In this document: positions 34,253 to 37,189 of the stretch, piece by piece
How the letters are laid out: each line of letters begins with the position of its first letter
How positions within the stretch are numbered: the first letter of the stretch is position 1
IMG/VR virus record: IMGVR_UViG_3300025353_000010
Location: 1 to 37,189 of that record
Origin: a virus
Lineage: Duplodnaviria; Caudoviricetes
Length of the DNA stretch: 37,189 nt
Direction: 5' to 3' (one strand)
Notes under the pieces: generated by a model
What the model saw: only the letters and a program-made list of their open reading frames with translations
Told to the model about the DNA's origin: nothing
Databases searched by the model: none
Made by a program: the position numbers and the translations under genes

Positions 34253-34593
34253 TATTTCGTTCCTTTTAATAGATGAGGGTCAATCAACTTCATGTCATCA
34301 TCTAATTTACATACTAAGTTGTCATAGTTAATCATTCGATAATCTAAGCCATCTTTACCTTTGTACATCAAACCAGCATACTTAGCGTAACCTACTCGCA
34401 TACCTACTGTAACAACACCTTCAGGAACTTCTTCACCTAGGGCAATAATCTCACCTGTGGTGTTTGCAAGCTGTTCTCGTTCGTTTGTTTCTGCAGTGGC
34501 GATAATGATTCCACTAGCTGTCTTTTCTTCCACTTCGAGAGGCTTAATTAAAATCCTATCAAACAGTGGAGTAATGCCAGACTTGTTAGTCAT
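34252..34593 (-). CDS. groES: co-chaperonin GroES-like protein
   Basis: ITPLFDRILIK, mobile loop EKTASGIII, GEIIALG and VGMRVGYAKYAG. Confidence 0.92.
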   Translation of the reverse strand: MTNKSGITPLFDRILIKPLEVEEKTASGIIIATAETNEREQLANTTGEIIALGEEVPEGVVTVGMRVGYAKYAGLMYKGKDGLDYRMINYDNLVCKLDDDMKLIDPHLLKGTK

Positions 34594-34813
34594 CCTTTTT
34601 CTCCGTTACTGAATTCATTAACTCGTTATAATCTAAAGCTAGAATAGCTGTACATGCTGCTGCTCGTCCTCGAATGCTCGCATCATCTTCGGTTCCTGCT
34701 AACAACATTTCTTTTAACCACTCTCTGTCATTGTGTATTGCCTTCATAAAGGCTTGTGTTACACGACTTGCTTTCCATTCATTAAACTCAGGCTCTGTTA
34801 CTACAATAGCCAT
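34586..34813 (-). CDS. hypothetical protein following the portal
   Basis: AAGGAGG RBS; EFNEWKASRVTQAF. Confidence 0.75.
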   Translation of the reverse strand: MAIVVTEPEFNEWKASRVTQAFMKAIHNDREWLKEMLLAGTEDDASIRGRAAACTAILALDYNELMNSVTEKKDD

Positions 34814-34825
34814 ACTACCTCCTTA

Positions 34826-36868
34826 TTACATCTCTGGTTTTGGTTCCTCTACCTGTGGAGGTGGAGACATATCATTCATATGCTTTTCGAGGTCCATCAT
34901 GGTTCTCAAAGCAGTTTGAACTCCTTCATTGTGTGCCCTAGCTGCTCCAATTTGAGCATCGAGCATTGCAATATCTTGACCAGTTTTAACACCACCTGCT
35001 TGCTCAACGGCAAGGATAGCGTCAGCTTCTAACTTATGAATTTTAGCTTGGTTAATTTCTACATCTTTCATAAGCTTCATCATACCAAGCTTAAAGTTCA
35101 TTTGCATATCAGCTTGTTTAGCTTGTTGCTTCATCATTTCGATTTGTACCTTCTCTGATGGTCCTGGCTTAATAGCGTTAGGTCCTTTAGGGTCAGGAAG
35201 AAGCTGGTCGATGTTATTTACTTTCATTGCTTTAAGATAATTCTTCTGAACTTCATACATATTCATACCTGGAGTTGTAGAAGCTAATTGAAGCAATGCA
35301 GAAGCTTGTTGAATACGCTGAGTATCAGAAACAATGTTAGGGTCTGCTGCAGGACGTACATCAGACACAGGACCTGAAAAGTCATCAGCATCAATAAAGT
35401 TTTGACCTTGGTCGCTGTTATAATCTTCAATACCTACAAGGTACAGTTGATTTAAACGATACAGTTTACGGAACTCATCTTTCAAACTACGGTAGGTACG
35501 TTTAAAGATACCAGAGAAAATCTTCATTCCCTGTTCAGCCATTGTCCTTGTAGTTTCTGCAGCAGTGTTCTGTCCTGGGTTTTGACCAGACAGGATGTCA
35601 ACCGAGCCACCAATACGCTCACCGTAGTTGATAAGCATGCTAAGCAATGTAAACAAAACCTGAGAAGGCTCACGAACTGGCAAAGGCATAATACCTTTAC
35701 GAAGGTCATCACCTGTCGTGTCAACGTGCTTCCATTCTAGTGGTGCGAAGTTGTAGTTACCACCTCTGAGCTTGATTCCTCTGGACAAGAAACCACCTGC
35801 GGTATTGGCCATCGTACCTGTGTCAATAAGCTGGTTGAGAAGGGTATCGATACTCTGATTAAGTGGTCCAAGAAGACTTCCGAAACCGAGGTCATAAAAT
35901 CCACCATCAGGTGAGGGAATGAAAGGGAACTTAGTGAAGTACGTTTCTGCTTTGATGGAGAGGACATTACCTTTTGCATCTCTTTCAATAGAAGTATCAA
36001 AATAACGAGCTACGATTCGTAGAACTTGTTTAGTATCACGACGCATCCAAATGATGTACGGCTCAGCGTAGCCATCACCATCAAAGTCAATGAAGGTGTG
36101 TTGTTCGAGGATTTCGTATGGAGTGCTATCGTCAATAGAGTCAGGAGCAGACATGCCCTGAGCTTTGTTCTGAGCCAAAGTCATGTTTGACTGAGGAACA
36201 GCAGCAGGACGACCTTCCTTCATTTCAGACCACAAGCCACGAGCTACACGTTCATAGATGTCGTTCTTAGATAGGTATTGAATTTGGGTAATGCGTGGGG
36301 ACGTATCTAAATGCTTAGTCCAATAGTTAACAACAAAGTCTTTAGCAAGAATATGTTCAGAAACGTTGTATTTAAGTATTGGGTCAAAGTAAGATTTCTT
36401 AAATGCACAACCAACAATAGGTTGGGAAATAAGAACTCGGTCCATTTCAGATTCCCAAGTAGTATCTTGTTCTAAAATCTGATAAGACATAAATTGACTT
36501 ACACGATGAGCACGTGCATCTTTAGCACCTGTAGGGTCGTCGCCTATTACACGACACTGAACAGGGGTTTCCCCATTGATAAGGACAGGATAACTGCGAG
36601 CATGGAACTGCAAAGCAGCAATAGTAATAAGTGGAAATTTAACATTGGATGCTCCAGGCCAAGGAAATGATTTAGCTTCGGCTACTTGAAGAGCAAGCTT
36701 CATAGCATCTTCAGTACGCTTTTCCCAAGCAGAACGAGACTCTAAATCAGCTTGGAAGCCTTTGTAGACATTGTAGCTAATTGTGCTAAGAGCGTCATCA
36801 TCTAACACCTCAGCGATATTAGGAAGGGAGACAATCTCGTCTAGGTTAAGTTCGGTATTTAGTTTCAT
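34826..36868 (-). CDS. portal protein
   Basis: 680 aa directly after the terminase; PWPGASN, GCAFKKSYFD, FYDLG and Gln-rich C-terminal barrel region. Confidence 0.9.
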   Translation of the reverse strand: MKLNTELNLDEIVSLPNIAEVLDDDALSTISYNVYKGFQADLESRSAWEKRTEDAMKLALQVAEAKSFPWPGASNVKFPLITIAALQFHARSYPVLINGETPVQCRVIGDDPTGAKDARAHRVSQFMSYQILEQDTTWESEMDRVLISQPIVGCAFKKSYFDPILKYNVSEHILAKDFVVNYWTKHLDTSPRITQIQYLSKNDIYERVARGLWSEMKEGRPAAVPQSNMTLAQNKAQGMSAPDSIDDSTPYEILEQHTFIDFDGDGYAEPYIIWMRRDTKQVLRIVARYFDTSIERDAKGNVLSIKAETYFTKFPFIPSPDGGFYDLGFGSLLGPLNQSIDTLLNQLIDTGTMANTAGGFLSRGIKLRGGNYNFAPLEWKHVDTTGDDLRKGIMPLPVREPSQVLFTLLSMLINYGERIGGSVDILSGQNPGQNTAAETTRTMAEQGMKIFSGIFKRTYRSLKDEFRKLYRLNQLYLVGIEDYNSDQGQNFIDADDFSGPVSDVRPAADPNIVSDTQRIQQASALLQLASTTPGMNMYEVQKNYLKAMKVNNIDQLLPDPKGPNAIKPGPSEKVQIEMMKQQAKQADMQMNFKLGMMKLMKDVEINQAKIHKLEADAILAVEQAGGVKTGQDIAMLDAQIGAARAHNEGVQTALRTMMDLEKHMNDMSPPPQVEEPKPEM

Positions 36869-37188
36869 TAATATCCTGTAACAGCGTTTCGTCCAACTTG
36901 GTCATATCCGAAATCATGAAGGGCAACCCTGTATTCTTCTTCATCGACTTCACTTTGAGTTGCAGCTACTTGCATTTGGTTTAAGAGTAAACCGATGTAG
37001 GCCCAAGCGTCGACCTGGTCATCGTGTCTGTCTCTAGGAAAACGCAACAGCTCATCTTCAAATGTTTGATACCAATCAGCAGACGTGTCAAATTTAACGG
37101 CTCCTGCTCTCATACGAGCTTGCATTGACCTTGCACGACTCAACTTATCACCAGAAGGCTTGAGTAAAACTAAGTTGATAAATGTGTC
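36868..37188 (-). CDS. terL: terminase large subunit, C-terminal part (truncated by window)
   Basis: Frame is open to the window end; DKLSRA and ELLRFPRDRHDDQVDA nuclease motifs; upstream of the portal. Confidence 0.92.
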   Translation of the reverse strand, partial: DTFINLVLLKPSGDKLSRARSMQARMRAGAVKFDTSADWYQTFEDELLRFPRDRHDDQVDAWAYIGLLLNQMQVAATQSEVDEEEYRVALHDFGYDQVGRNAVTGY

Positions 37189-37189
37189 C

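Noticed and set aside
1-37189. tRNA genes, integrase, introns/inteins, diversity-generating retroelement, stop-codon reassignment
   Set aside because: No cloverleaf, recombinase or reverse transcriptase was seen, core genes are uninterrupted, and the standard code gives dense coding.

Overview
The window is about 37 kb of a tailed dsDNA bacteriophage with podovirus-type gene content, cut inside the primase-helicase at the left end and the large terminase at the right. It has two convergent arms. The + arm (1-10529) is a T7/SIO1-like replication and nucleotide-metabolism module: gp4-like helicase, family A DNA polymerase, SSB, 5'-3' exonuclease, resolvase, DUF3310 kinase-like protein and class II ribonucleotide reductase. 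It also carries an array of small translationally coupled genes punctuated by near-identical protein-coding repeats. The - arm (37189-10675) is the morphogenesis and lysis module: terminase, portal, GroES, scaffold, capsid, three receptor-binding proteins, P22 gp4/gp10-like tail proteins, a GNAT protein, three ejection-type proteins, a divergent PurD-like ATP-grasp ligase, endolysin, holin and an Rz/Rz1 pair. Rz/Rz1 imply a Gram-negative host. The strongest novelty candidates are (i) the cassette array whose 30-42 bp junction repeat encodes a shared C-terminal tag plus the next start codon, (ii) the PurD-like ligase and GNAT flanking the ejection genes, a possible virion-protein modification system, and (iii) a compact pseudoknot-capable element between the arms. 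All functional calls come from motif recognition and synteny by eye; no database search was run.
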